From Zootoca vivipara (Eukaryota): a stretch of DNA of 64,000 bases. Where the stretch lies: assembly GCF_963506605.1 (NCBI RefSeq), contig NC_083277.1, positions 93,434,001 through 93,498,000 on the forward strand, given 5' to 3'. A model generated the notes under the pieces. The model did not search any database, was not told where the DNA came from, and saw only the letters and a program-made list of their open reading frames with translations. A program made the translations under genes and the position numbers. Shown here in pieces: positions 36,376-47,675 of the stretch. The number at the start of each line of letters is the position of its first letter. Within the stretch, counting starts at the first letter, position 1.

Positions 36376-39300
36376 GTAAAATTCCTGTGTGAGGGCATTT
36401 CCATGTGTATTGTGGAGGAAGGAGCTGTTGCCTGGCTTAAGGGTGTTAGGTCCACTATGGGAAACAGTGCAGTGAAGATCTAGAAAAGGTAATTCAATAT
36501 CTGGCAGATGCAGAAAATGTCTAAAAGCACTGAGCAGTTTTTCTATGATCTTTCATTCATTCAAATTTGGGTCTCCCTAATCCACAATTAAATGCTCCAT
36601 GTTCTCTGACAGCTTTACCAGGGTCAACAAGACCCAGGCCATACTTGATGTGCCTTTCAACTCTTCCCCCGCTCTCTCAAATGCTCAGGTTTTGGAGAGT
36701 AGCAGGAAAATTCTGCTTCCCATTCGAAACTTGCATCCAATACCACAGTGTATTCATGTCCCATCTTGATTTGTGTATTCTACTTCTGCATTTTTTAAAA
36801 AATCTTGATTTGTGTATTCTACTTCTGTATTTTCTTAAAATAAACAGCAGGCTTAGCAGTACATCACTTGAATATAGCAAGGGACATATTATGCAGTGCC
36901 TCAGTTTTCCCCGGGTCCCTTATTCTTGCTTTGTCCATCACAATTATTTTTATTTAAATCAGAATGGGAAGCAATTACATATGCAAATATAGTAATTTTG
37001 CAATGCAGAAATATCCACATTCTGAGTTCTCTATGTATTTAGCAATGTTTAAAGAATGTGTGCAACTCTGGAGTCATTTTAAAAAGTCACTAAATCTTCC
37101 CCTACAAAACACCTTGCTAAATAAGAAAAAGAGCAACATATTCATCAGGAACGAGGAACCCCCGTTATGTACAGTATGCAGGGTTGCAATGTGAAAAGCT
37201 CACCGAGTTCCTTGAAACATTCTGTGCTGGGCCAACAATGAAACAATACATTAAGGAACACATGACCAAGGACACTCTTTTCCCCAATGGCGGTGATTCT
37301 GATATGGACACAGCCCAAGTCAAAAGAAAGGAGATGATTGATGGTTTTGTTTGGTGGAGGAACATCTAGGTCAGCTAGCACTGGGATCTTGTTTTTTCCC
37401 TTTTTAACTAGTATTTGTGTTTGCATAGGAGTTGCCAGGGGCAGAGATCAGACAGTTTCTTGGGCGAGGTTTGGAACACAATGGCTGACATATGCGGCTC
37501 AATAGACATCCTTGCTTGAGCCATAATGTTGGTTGGCTGAATTGGCGGGATGTGCCTTTCTAATGGATGTGGACACCTGTATCCTTACCTGGAACCACCT
37601 TTTCCCACACTCAGCTAGAACCAGAGTAGGGCCAAAGGCAGTAAGTTCTGTGAAGCATTTGGCAAATTAAAAGTGTGCGATCAATGCTTGCTGCTTGCAA
37701 CAGTCTTTCTTGAGGCAGTGTTAACGATGGTGCCTGAAAGGGCTAGGTCTCTGCAAGGAATGGTGATAACTGTTGTTTGTATTGGCACAAAAGTGTGATT
37801 GTGCTCCCCCCCCCATTTCTAGGGTAACAAAGCAGCCGTCCCTGCTGGCTTGCTGATCAGCCTCCTTGTAGGGAACTGGGTTTTGGAACGACACTTGATA
37901 ATCTCCAGCCCGAAGAAAGGACAGAAGGGTCATAGCAGCCAGCAAGGCAAGCTCTCAGGTTACATTACCTTGGGAAGCCAGCCAGTTTGCTAAAAAGGTC
38001 CAAACATAAACCAAAGCTGTAGGCAGGCACCAGGGTTAAAAAAGAAGAAAGCTGTAGAAAGTCATTGGGTGCAACTTGCCAAGCTGTTGGTGCATTATTG
38101 TTGATTGTACATTGAGATCTTGGTGTTATAGGTTTGTGCAAGGTTACTGGGATTGTTTTCTTATACCTGTATGTAGGTGTTTGCACTTGAGTGGTCTAGT
38201 AGGGCAAAGGAAAGCTTTCTGTTGGGAAATGCACAAAAACCTCCTTGCTGCCATGGCAGTGCTCCTTCAGAAACAACCATCTATTGATGAACACCTGTGG
38301 ACATCCATATGTTGCTATTGGCCTCCAGCTTCCATCAACCTCAGCCAGCACTGCCTATGGTCAGGGATGATGTGAGTTGTAGCCTAGCAACATCTAGAGG
38401 ACCACTTCTTCAGTATCCCAAGCCACAGAACCATCAGTAGCCCACTGCAACTTCTTTGCAAGACATTTTGCAGATAAACTGAGTCACATCTGCCATGACT
38501 TGGATGTCACATTGAGCTCAGTGTCTGTATTGGTTGCCAGCTCTGCCACTGCTACTCAAGGTTAATTGGATGAGCTTCAGTTGATTTCACTTGAAGAGGC
38601 AGATGAGGCACTGAGACATTTCTGGGACAGAAGCAGAACATGGGTTGTAGCCAACACTGCTGTTCTGCTCATACAACAGGGTTTCCCCTTCCTTTTCTTC
38701 CCCCTGCATCCTTGACCCAGGCACAGTCAAGATGTGCTCCAGAGAGTTAGGGGACCCTCTGGAGCAGAATTCTGGAACATACAGACCAGGAGGAGGAGGA
38801 GAGGAAGAAGTTCTGTTTCACGAGCAGGGCACAGCAGGCTCAGCACTGAATACAACCCTATGTCTCTTCAGTTATTGACCTTCCTGGCAGAAGGTGACCA
38901 GCTATGGAAAGCTGGCCAGTCTGAATGGCAGAAGAGTGAATACTGCTTTTGGGGTTGCTGCCTCAAATGAGGAAATGATTCATCTCCTGCTGGGAAGCGG
39001 AGGGGGGGACCCCCAATAGACCTGGTTAACCTTGGGTAACTGTAGGCCAGTCTTTAACCTTCACCTATTGTAAAGTACTCTGGACAATTTTAATCAAACA
39101 GTAGAGTAGAAATCTTTTACAAATTAAATGAAAGCAGCTCCTGCCATTTCTGGGCAAGGATTTGAGAGACTAGTATCTGGAGAACTTGGTTGAAATGCCT
39201 GTTGGCTGAGGAAATGCCAGTCTTTGATTAGGATCACACACATTCATAAGGTTCATAGTTTGAGGATGCTCTTAGATTCTCAGGTGGTGGCCTTGAATCA

Positions 39301-39460
39301 GAGTGCCAGCTCTAGTTAGTTCACCATCTGCACCTCCTATGACTGAAATATAGAAACCTAGCTACTATCATTCATGTCCTGGTGACAGTTGCTTTTATTT
39401 AGTTACTGTTTTATGGATTTATTTGGATGCTTGCATTTTTATTGTTTGGGCAGCAGCTGC

Positions 39461-39509
<49 letters not shown>
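39461..39509. repeat. (TTA)n microsatellite
   Basis: Pure trinucleotide run; similar (AAT)n runs near 3884-3927, 15563-15586, 52124-52173 and 54058-54101. Confidence 0.9.
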
Positions 39510-39529
39510 GCTGAGAGGTGATTTAGCTG

Positions 39530-39814
39530 TACAGTGGTACCTCGGTTTGCGACCGCAATCTGTTCCGCGGAGGCGGTCGCTCGCCGAAGCAGTCACTCCT
39601 TGAAGGCACACTTCTGTGCGTGCGCGAAGCGCCAATAGAGCGCTTCTGCGCACGCAAGCTCTGCACAGAATGCTTCTGCGCATGCACGAGCTGCGTAGAT
39701 CGTGTCTGCGCATCTGACACCGCAGAACCCAGGTGTAAACACTTCCGGGTCCGCGGCGGTCGCTTGCCGAAGCGGTCGCAAACAGAGGTAGGCGTAAACC
39801 GAGGTTTGACTGTA
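39530..39814. mobile_element. Tc1/mariner-type MITE
   Basis: TA-cagtggtacctcggtttgcg...aaaccgaggtttgactg-TA. Confidence 0.82.
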
Positions 39815-40100
39815 TTGTAAGCAAGCCATGTGTAAATATATGGTTGTGGGTGGAAAGAAATAGAAGCAAGGGTTGGAAGGGAGGGACTGCAAACTTTGTG
39901 AAAGAATAGGCATTAAATATTTGTGGGATGAGTAGCTAAATGGGCAAACCTTAGTTGAACAGTTGCATGGCTGGATTCAAAACTCTTTGATTATAAAGGG
40001 GAAGGGGGTGGGTTTGGAAGGTTGTGTCCCAGAAATGAATGACTGAATACAAAGCCCTGGAGCAGGAACAAACTTTTATGCCATTCTCCTTCATTGTCAG

Positions 40101-40184
40101 CAGCCACTTCCTCCAGTCTCCAGCACAGATGAAGACTTGCAATTACAGATAGCGCTTACCCTGAGCAAACAGGAACATGAGAAG
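40101..40184 (+). CDS. EPN3: EPN3 exon (UIM2); NAGNAG acceptor, may start at 40104
   Basis: (Q)PLPPVSSTDEDLQLQIALTLSKQEHEK; gtcag/cag acceptor, aag|gtatcc donor. Confidence 0.9.
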
Positions 40185-41008
40185 GTATCCCAAACCCAGG
40201 TGGTGAAAGGGCACTTTTAACTTTCCTCTTCTTGAATTCACGCCTCTTTAAGTGGGAAAGCTTTTGGCCTAAGCTTGGTGGCTCCTTCCTGAGACAATGC
40301 TGCTATCTCCAGAAGAGTCTAGAAATTCTGTACATCTTGTTCCGTTTGCCAGAGTTGGTATTTCCAGAAAATATCCATGTGTAAAACAATGAGGTTTCAG
40401 GTCCTCACGGTTCTGAAAGAAATCTTGATTCGCATAGGAGATAGTTTCAGAGACTTGGGAACTCAAGACTGGGTATCTCTGGATAACTCTGATCAGTTGT
40501 GGAAATTTGTCAAAACCCAACATTTGAAAACCAGTCCAAGGATGGTGAAATTGCCTCTTTTCACATTGATAATGAAACACCAAACAGAATCCAAAGCATA
40601 TCTACTTGAAAATAAGCCCCATGGGGCTCAATGGGACTTATTCCCAAGTAAGTATATGTGAAATTGCAACTGGCCCTTGGACATAAAACCTGCTCATTTT
40701 TCTTTTTAAGATGAAAGAATTCTAGACCCCCTCCTCCAATTCCTACCTCACCCCAGCTATGTCCGCTTCTTTCTGCCTTCTGGGTCTTTTCTGGCTGGTA
40801 TTTTTTTATTTTATTTTTAATGTAACTTGCGAAGTTCTAAAAACTAACTGTTCCTAACAGAGAACAGTTTAACATGGGGTATAGAAGTATGGAAATGGAA
40901 AGTGCAGTTGTCAGGCGTATCTAAATGATGGCCATGACCAGTATGAAATAATCTTTCATTTTTCTTGTATTTAGCTCATACCCCGTTGGCTGTTCATTTT
41001 GATTACAG

Positions 41009-41116
41009 GAAGTGAGGGCATGGCAAGGAGAAAACTCACTACTGCAGAGGGCATTGGAAGAAAGTCACCAGGGTGTGGAAGAAGAAGGAGAAGGAGAAAA
41101 GACCAAGAAAAGTCAG
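41009..41116 (+). CDS. EPN3: EPN3 exon
   Basis: EVRAWQGENSLLQRALEESHQGVEEEGEGEKTKKSQ; tacag acceptor, cag|gtagga donor. Confidence 0.88.
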
Positions 41117-41425
41117 GTAGGAGGCATCAGCTGCTTGGTTATATTGTGGTGGACATACTTGCTTTGGTGTGTGCCAATTTGTATTCCACCTGTCCTAGCT
41201 CCACTCATCTCTCTGAAGTATCTATGGTGGCTTCTACTTCAGATGGAATTGCAGATTGGTAATCCTGGGGCTGAAGACCTTCCCACTCACTGCTGGTTAC
41301 AAAGTGAGAATTTATCCTGAGAGTTGACCCTACAATTAACAGTGAAACTGAAGAAAACTGGTCAGCTGCTCATACTGCATTTGTTCTGGAGTCAAGTCCA
41401 TTGGGTGGTTTTCATCCATCTATTT

Positions 41426-41748
41426 CAGGGGTCAGCAAACTTTTTCAGCAGGGGGCCAGTCCACTGTCCCTTAGACCTTGTGGGGGGGCCGGACTATATT
41501 TTGAAAAAAATATATGAACAAATTCCTATGCCCCACAAATAATCCAGAGATGCATTTTAAATAAAAGGACACATTCTACTCATGTAAAAACACCAGGCAG
41601 GCCCCACAAATAACCCAGAGATGCATTTTAAATAAAAGGACACAATCTACTCATGTAAAAACATGCTGATTCCCGGACCTTCTGCGGGCCAGATTTAGAA
41701 GGCGATTGGGCCGCATCCGACCCCCGGGCCTTAGTTTGGGGACCCGTG
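41426..41748. mobile_element. hAT-type non-autonomous element
   Basis: caggggtcagcaaac...gtttggggacccgtg; 8-bp TSD atctattt at 41418-41425 and 41749-41756; internal tandem duplication. Confidence 0.82.
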
Positions 41749-42051
41749 ATCTATTTATTGCATATAGACCCTGCTACACTCAGAAGATGCTCTAACAATC
41801 CAATAGTTTAAAGCAATTAAGAGACCATTCACACACTCATAGCCTGTATAGCATGGGATCTTGTGTAGAATTTTACTTTCTGAGGCTCTTAAGGAAGGGA
41901 GAAATTGCAACACCATGCCTCGGGAGAGTGGAGGGAAGCCCTCTGTTTTTTTGATAGCTTCCAAACCTGTACAGTCTTGGTGCAGTTTGAAGCACACATG
42001 TTCTTGGGATCTCAAGGCCCTAATACATTTTATTCCTTTGTATCTTTCCAG

Positions 42052-42136
42052 TCTTCTGTGCTGGAGCTGGCAGACATTTTCGGACCGGCACCGATCACTT
42101 CTACCCACACTTCAGCTGACCCATGGGATATTCCAG
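42052..42136 (+). CDS. EPN3: EPN3 exon (clathrin-box-like LADIF, first DPW)
   Basis: SSVLELADIFGPAPITSTHTSADPWDIP; ttccag acceptor, cag|gtgggg donor (possible alternative donor at 42229). Confidence 0.88.
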
Positions 42137-42725
42137 GTGGGGGCAACAATCGATCTGTTGAGGTTTGGAATCATGACGCAGCCTTCTCTCCTCCAGCTCT
42201 GTCCTTGTCTACTTCTTGGGAGCACAACAGTAAGGATCTTTGCAGCCTCTTTCTTCTTTCTCCATTCCACCCACCCACATCTCCCATTCTATCCATGCTT
42301 TCAGCCAGCTTGGGCAAATGTTAACCCATTGTTTGCTATGGTTCTGCTTTGGGCTGCAGTGTTTAGTTGACTAATCCATTTGCTTAAATCAGGAATAGGG
42401 AACCTGTTGCCTTCCAAATGATGCTGTTGGATTCTTAACTCCCATCAGCCCCAGCCAGCATGGCGATTGGGAGCTGGAGTCCAACAACATAATTTGGTGG
42501 GCAACAGATTCCCTATCCTTGGCTTAAGTTTGTTATTATTATTGTGGATGAAGAAGGTGCCCTGGTTACTGGAGGGGGAGGCAGATTTTTCTCTTTAAAC
42601 ATGTTTATTATTACAAAAGTACCTACAAGCAGGTGCCACCTTGGAAGAAGGGACTTTCTCTCCTGCCTCCACCTTGTGTCTCATTCTCAAGGTGTTCTTC
42701 CTACAATAGTTCCTTTTGGGTCATA

Positions 42726-43070
42726 TACAGTGGCACCTCGGTTGAGGTGCACAATTGTTTCCGGAAGTCTGTACTTAACCAGAAGCGTGCTTAACCTGAA
42801 GCGAACTTTCCCACTGAAAGTACGGTAATGGAATGTGGATTAATCTGTTCCGGATGGTCCACGGAGTACTTAACCTGAAGCATACTTAACCCGAAGTATG
42901 AGTGTAATTGGTTCTGGAAGTCCGTCCTTAACCTGAAACATACTTAACCTGAAGCGAAATTTCCCATTGAAAGTAATGGAAAGTGGATTAATCTGTTCCA
43001 GACGGGGCCACGGAGTACTTAAACTGAAAGTACTCAAACCGAGGCGTACTTAAACCGAGGTATGACTGTA
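42726..43070. mobile_element. Tc1/mariner-type MITE with internal tandem duplication
   Basis: TA-cagtggcacctcgg...ccgaggtatgactg-TA; the block ggaagtc...cacggagtacttaa occurs twice. Confidence 0.8.
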
Positions 43071-43328
43071 TGTGCATTGTCTAAAAATGTTCCCCACTCT
43101 TCAAAGCATGTTGATGTGCAAACTTGTGCACGTTTAATCCATTAATGCTCATGCAATTGATCAACTAAGATGTCTTTAATCAAGTAACATCTCTAATACT
43201 GCAACCATTCATCTGCTTCTAGCTTCATCAATACTAGCTCTTTAATTTATTTATTCCTTATTCATTTCCCCCCCGTCCACATCCTGTCTACATTTTGTTT
43301 CTCTTGATGCTCCTTTCCCCCCTTCCAG

Positions 43329-43643
43329 ATACCAAGTCCACCGTAGAATCGACAGGAACATCCTGGGGTCCCACGGCAGACCCTTGGGTGCCCGTATCTT
43401 CAGGGGATCCTCTAAGTAAGACAGCATGTTCTACCAATCAAGCCTCTCCAGGGCTCTGGAACCTTCCTCATGCCTCTTCCTCCTCTGCTTCCTCTTCCGA
43501 TCCATGGGGGGTCAAATCCCTGCCTTCGAGTGTCTCTTCTTCAGACCCCTGGGGAAAGTCCTCACCCCCTGCACTAGTTCCTGCAGGCACAACTTCTGCT
43601 GCTGACCCTTGGGGAGGCACTGTGGAGATGTCTTCCACGTCTG
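43329..43643 (+). CDS. EPN3: EPN3 exon (DPW AP-2-binding repeats)
   Basis: Four DPW motifs (TADPW, SSDPW twice, AADPW); ttccag acceptor, ctg|gtaaga donor; phase 1 to 1. Confidence 0.92.
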
Positions 43644-44276
43644 GTAAGAGAAGCTCCTTTTCACTTGTAGTCCTCCATGCCACCTAATCTGTAGAACTGT
43701 CTGGTTTCCCATTGCTTCCTTCAAAACTGCCAGCCGCAATTTACCCACCCCCTAGCTTTATGTGAGCCATGCCATGTGCTCTTTATCTGCTCAGCTAGGG
43801 TGAGAAGCAGTTCTCCCCAGGTGAGTACCCAAGTGGCAAACCATAGGCTGGAGCCTAGAAGCAGATGTATTAGAGATGGGACCAGCAGCTATCATGCCAG
43901 GTTGTGCATGTATCTCTTTCATCTATTGACATGAGAGAGTTCCGTGTGCAGCTTCATGTAGTGTCAGCAGCATGACCACCTCTTCCCCGCTGCTGCTGAT
44001 TGGCTCCCAGTTCCAAGCAACAAACTGGTGATGGAGGGAGAGGATAAGCACATTCCCGGCCACCACTTTTCGAGAGCTCCCAAAGGGAACTCTTTTCCCT
44101 GTTCTTGGTTTCCATTGGGAAGGACAACGTTGGGGATTTATTGTAACCCCTGCTTTCCCCCAAACTCCTAAATCAGCAGTGGTGCTGAGATGGGATGGAC
44201 ACTCAAAAGGGGGTGAGCCCAACTCATTGAGCGCCCCCTCCCCTAAGCTTTCTTTCTGTTTTCAACTCCTCCATAG

Positions 44277-44366
44277 GCAGTGCTGCTTTTGACTTGTTTG
44301 CAAAACTACCTGAACATATGGATCAGCCAGAACATGACAGTTCTGGAAAATCCAACAGCCCTGTAG
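44277..44366 (+). CDS. EPN3: EPN3 exon
   Basis: (G)SAAFDLFAKLPEHMDQPEHDSSGKSNSPV; ccatag acceptor, tag|gtaagt donor; phase 1 to 1. Confidence 0.85.
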   Translation, partial: AVLLLTCLQNYLNIWISQNMTVLENPTAL

Positions 44367-44551
44367 GTAAGTGAAAGGGGCAGGTCCTCCATTTGCATTT
44401 TCAGGCTTAATTTTTACTCCTACAATTTTGACAGCTGCCATGGAGGTAGATTTCACACGTACTACTCTTCTTCTCCCACTGCTTTTGTTTTATCGTATGC
44501 ATCCTGCTGGAAAATAAGTCCATGGCTTTGCCCTTGCTTACACCTTTCATG

Positions 44552-44808
44552 TACAGTCGTGCCTCGCTAGACGAATTTAATTCGTTCCACGGGTCTTTTC
44601 TTATAACGAAAAATCCGTCTAGCGAATCCCATAGGAATGCCTTTAATTTTTTTTTATTTTTTTTTTGCCCATAGGAACACATTAATTGAATTTCAATGCA
44701 TTCCTATGGGAAACTGTGATTCGCTAGACGAATTTTTCATAAAACGAATTCGTCTAGCGAGGCAACCCCCGCTCGAAAAATCCTTTCGTTAAGCGAGGCA
44801 CCACTGTA
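44552..44808. mobile_element. Tc1/mariner-type MITE
   Basis: TA-cagtcgtgcctcgc...gcgaggcaccactg-TA with internal inverted repeats (cgctagacgaat / attcgtctagcg). Confidence 0.8.
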
Positions 44809-46467
44809 CTGACAATTAGTTCTAGCCTTAGAACTCCAGAGCAGCTTTCCCCAACCAGGTGCCCTCCAGATGTGTTGGACTACCATTTCCATATTCCCTG
44901 AATATAGGCCACAGGGCCTGGGGTTGATTGGAATTGTAGTCCAAAAATCTGGATGGCACAAGGTTGGGGAAAGCTGCTCTAGAGTTTCCATTCTGGTCTG
45001 ATTTCCCACATTGGCAGTGAGTAGGACTAGAGATGGCCTTACAGGTGGTGCCTTCCAGCTCTACGCTTTTGATGGGGGCTGATGCCAATGTAACATCAGG
45101 AGCTCCTAAGATGGATTTTTTTAAAAAAAATGTCCATGTGCAAAAGTTATATTACAATGCATTACCCACAAAAGGTTTCTAGCAGCAATCCCAATTTGCA
45201 ACAGAGTTTGGGAGGGGGGGAATGCCTTAGAGAAGAAGCTTCAAAGTGGGACTTGAACAATGAGACAGCAACAAATGTGTGTTAAAGGAAGGCAACGCTG
45301 AGCGTTAGGACAATTATGTAAACAATGCTTTCTACTTTGAACAATGGACACATCCACAGCAGCAATGCTTGTTGTTATGGGCAGCAGCTCTCCAGGGGCA
45401 TTCAGGCACATATATTTACCTATTCTGGAAATTAAGTTCCTTTTAACTGGAGATTGAACTGGTAGTTTGTATACCTGCTGATAGAAGTCACACACACCCC
45501 TCTCCTAAAGCTGTACATAAGTGCATCTTTGAAAATGGTGGAATCCAAGGATTGTGGCAGAAATGCAGCGTGAAATAGATTCCATGTCCAATGTGCTGGT
45601 TTTAGCCTTTTTCAAGCCCTAAATGGTTTCATCAATCTGGTGCCTCCCCCAGATGTTGTTGGGCCACAACTCCTATTATCCCTGACCATTGGCTATGCTG
45701 GCTGGCTGGAGCTGATGAGAGTGGTAGTCCAAAAGACCTCAAGTCCACTGACTTGGGGAAGGCTGACTTGAGGATTCCTCCTCCCACAGGAGCCTGCTTG
45801 GCCCTTCTCAGGCCCTTCTCCAAATGCTGTCATCATCATCTGGTGCCTCACCTTTGGGATACCTTCTCAAGAGAGATTTGCCTGGTGCCATCCTCCTTCT
45901 CTTTTTGATGTCAAGTTAACATCTTTGTATTTGCCCAGTCCTTGTAGTTCTATTAGAATGCATATGAATTTTTGAGGTGGAGTTTTATTGTTGCTCTGAC
46001 CCAGATTCAACTAAGCAGGCATGCTAGCGGAAGCTAATGCAACGGCTCCCACTAGGGCAATAGGGCTTACCCATCTCCTCTCCTCACAACTCCCCCAAAT
46101 CGGTTAAGGAGAACCTGTGCAAGGGGAGGAGAGGGATCATTCTGTTTGGGAAACAGAAATGCTTGCATTGACAGAATGATCACAAGCACACAATTGAGTT
46201 ATTCCATTTGCTTTTCTGTTTTCGTGTTTCCACTGTAGTGATTTTTTAAATTATATCTAGCAAGCTATTGTTTTCATTCATTTCATCAATTTATCATTAG
46301 CCACTCTGAGAACTTCATCTGAAGATGAACCAATACAGTACATCTAAGAAAGGACTGGATAATTGATTAAATGAGAACCCAGCGGGAAATGTGGGGCAAA
46401 CCATGGAGTATCTCAGTGATAAGGAACAGATATAACACATTCTCCCTCTCTCTCTTATTGTTGGTAG

Positions 46468-46698
46468 ATGTGGACCTGTTTGGTGACCTTATTCCAAGCA
46501 CGAAAGAGAATGGAGTCAAGAATAAGGACGTTTTTGATATTGCAGGTTTAGGAGACTCTCTTCCTGATTCAAAGAAGGAGAAGAAAGACAGCAAAACGCC
46601 AGAGGCATTTCTTGGCCCAAATGCCTCCTCTCTGGTTAATCTGGACTCCTTGGTCACAGCCCCTCAGAACCTGATGTCTCGCAATCCATTTCTGGCAG
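46468..46698 (+). CDS. EPN3: EPN3 exon (LVNLD clathrin box, first NPF)
   Basis: VDLFGDL...KTPEAFLGPNASSLVNLDSLV...RNPFLA; ggtag acceptor, cag|gtaggc donor. Confidence 0.93.
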
Positions 46699-47349
46699 GT
46701 AGGCCCTATAGGCAGAATAGATCCATCAGCAATTCTGTCCCCCAGTTTTGCCCAGAGCTTTGTAACGCGGCTGGCCCTACCATTAAGCCAACTGGGGTGG
46801 CGGCTGCCTCAGGCAGCAGATGGGAGGTGGTGTTCATGTGATGGACAGAACTGTGTGCGTCACATGGGCTGCCCTACACTCCTGGAGTCCTGTTTTGTGC
46901 CACATTTGATTGCACTCAGCCTAGCACATTAGTTCCCCATTGTACATTCTGCTCCCTAACGCCTGCCACACAGAGCTGCTATTCTTCCTCACTTCCTCTT
47001 TCTACTGGGCCCATTTCTTCACTGAAACCAGTCCTTCTCAGAAATTTCAGACTTGTTCCATACTAGGCAAGTTGATATTTGCCAGTTGCCATGATTGGTG
47101 CGAGGGCCTTCTCTGCTTTTGACTCCAAAACTTGGAACTCAAAATATGGGGCAAAATGGGAACCCTCAGCAACACATTTCCACACTTTCCTTGTTTAACA
47201 TTAGAGTGTCTGGGTCACATGATTGTAGATACTGCCATTATTTGTGTGCATTTTTTTAAAAAAAACAGGGAGGGGAGCTTCACTTCCTTGACCTCTGACC
47301 TTTGGAATGTTGTGCTGATGGCTTCTCTCCTTCCCTCTCCTTCTTCCAG

Positions 47350-47675
47350 GTCTCAGCACACCTTCTCCCACCAACCCATTCAACGTCATGGACCAGCCCA
47401 AACCAACTCTCAACCAGATGCGGACCAGCTCCCCAGTGCCCACCATAGCTATGGGGATGACCATGAACTCCATGACCTACAGTGCTTCACTCCCTCTCCC
47501 ACTCAGCAGCATCCAACCAGCGATGGCCCTCCCGGCCTCCATGAGTGCCTTCCCTCAGACTGGAGCAGGGCCTTTCCCAGAGCTACCTGGCAACTTGCCT
47601 CAACCTCTCCTACCACTGTCTGGCTCAGGTCCCCCGCCACTACCTTCTCAAGGTGGTATGAACCCTTTCCTCTGA
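47350..47675 (+). CDS. EPN3: EPN3 terminal coding exon (two NPF motifs)
   Basis: GLSTPSPTNPFNVMDQPKPTLNQMR...GGMNPFL then TGA; summed CDS is 1938 nt = 645 aa plus stop. Confidence 0.94.

Noticed and set aside
36763-36841. 39-bp tandem duplication in an EPN3 intron
   Set aside because: Ordinary slippage duplication with no functional cue
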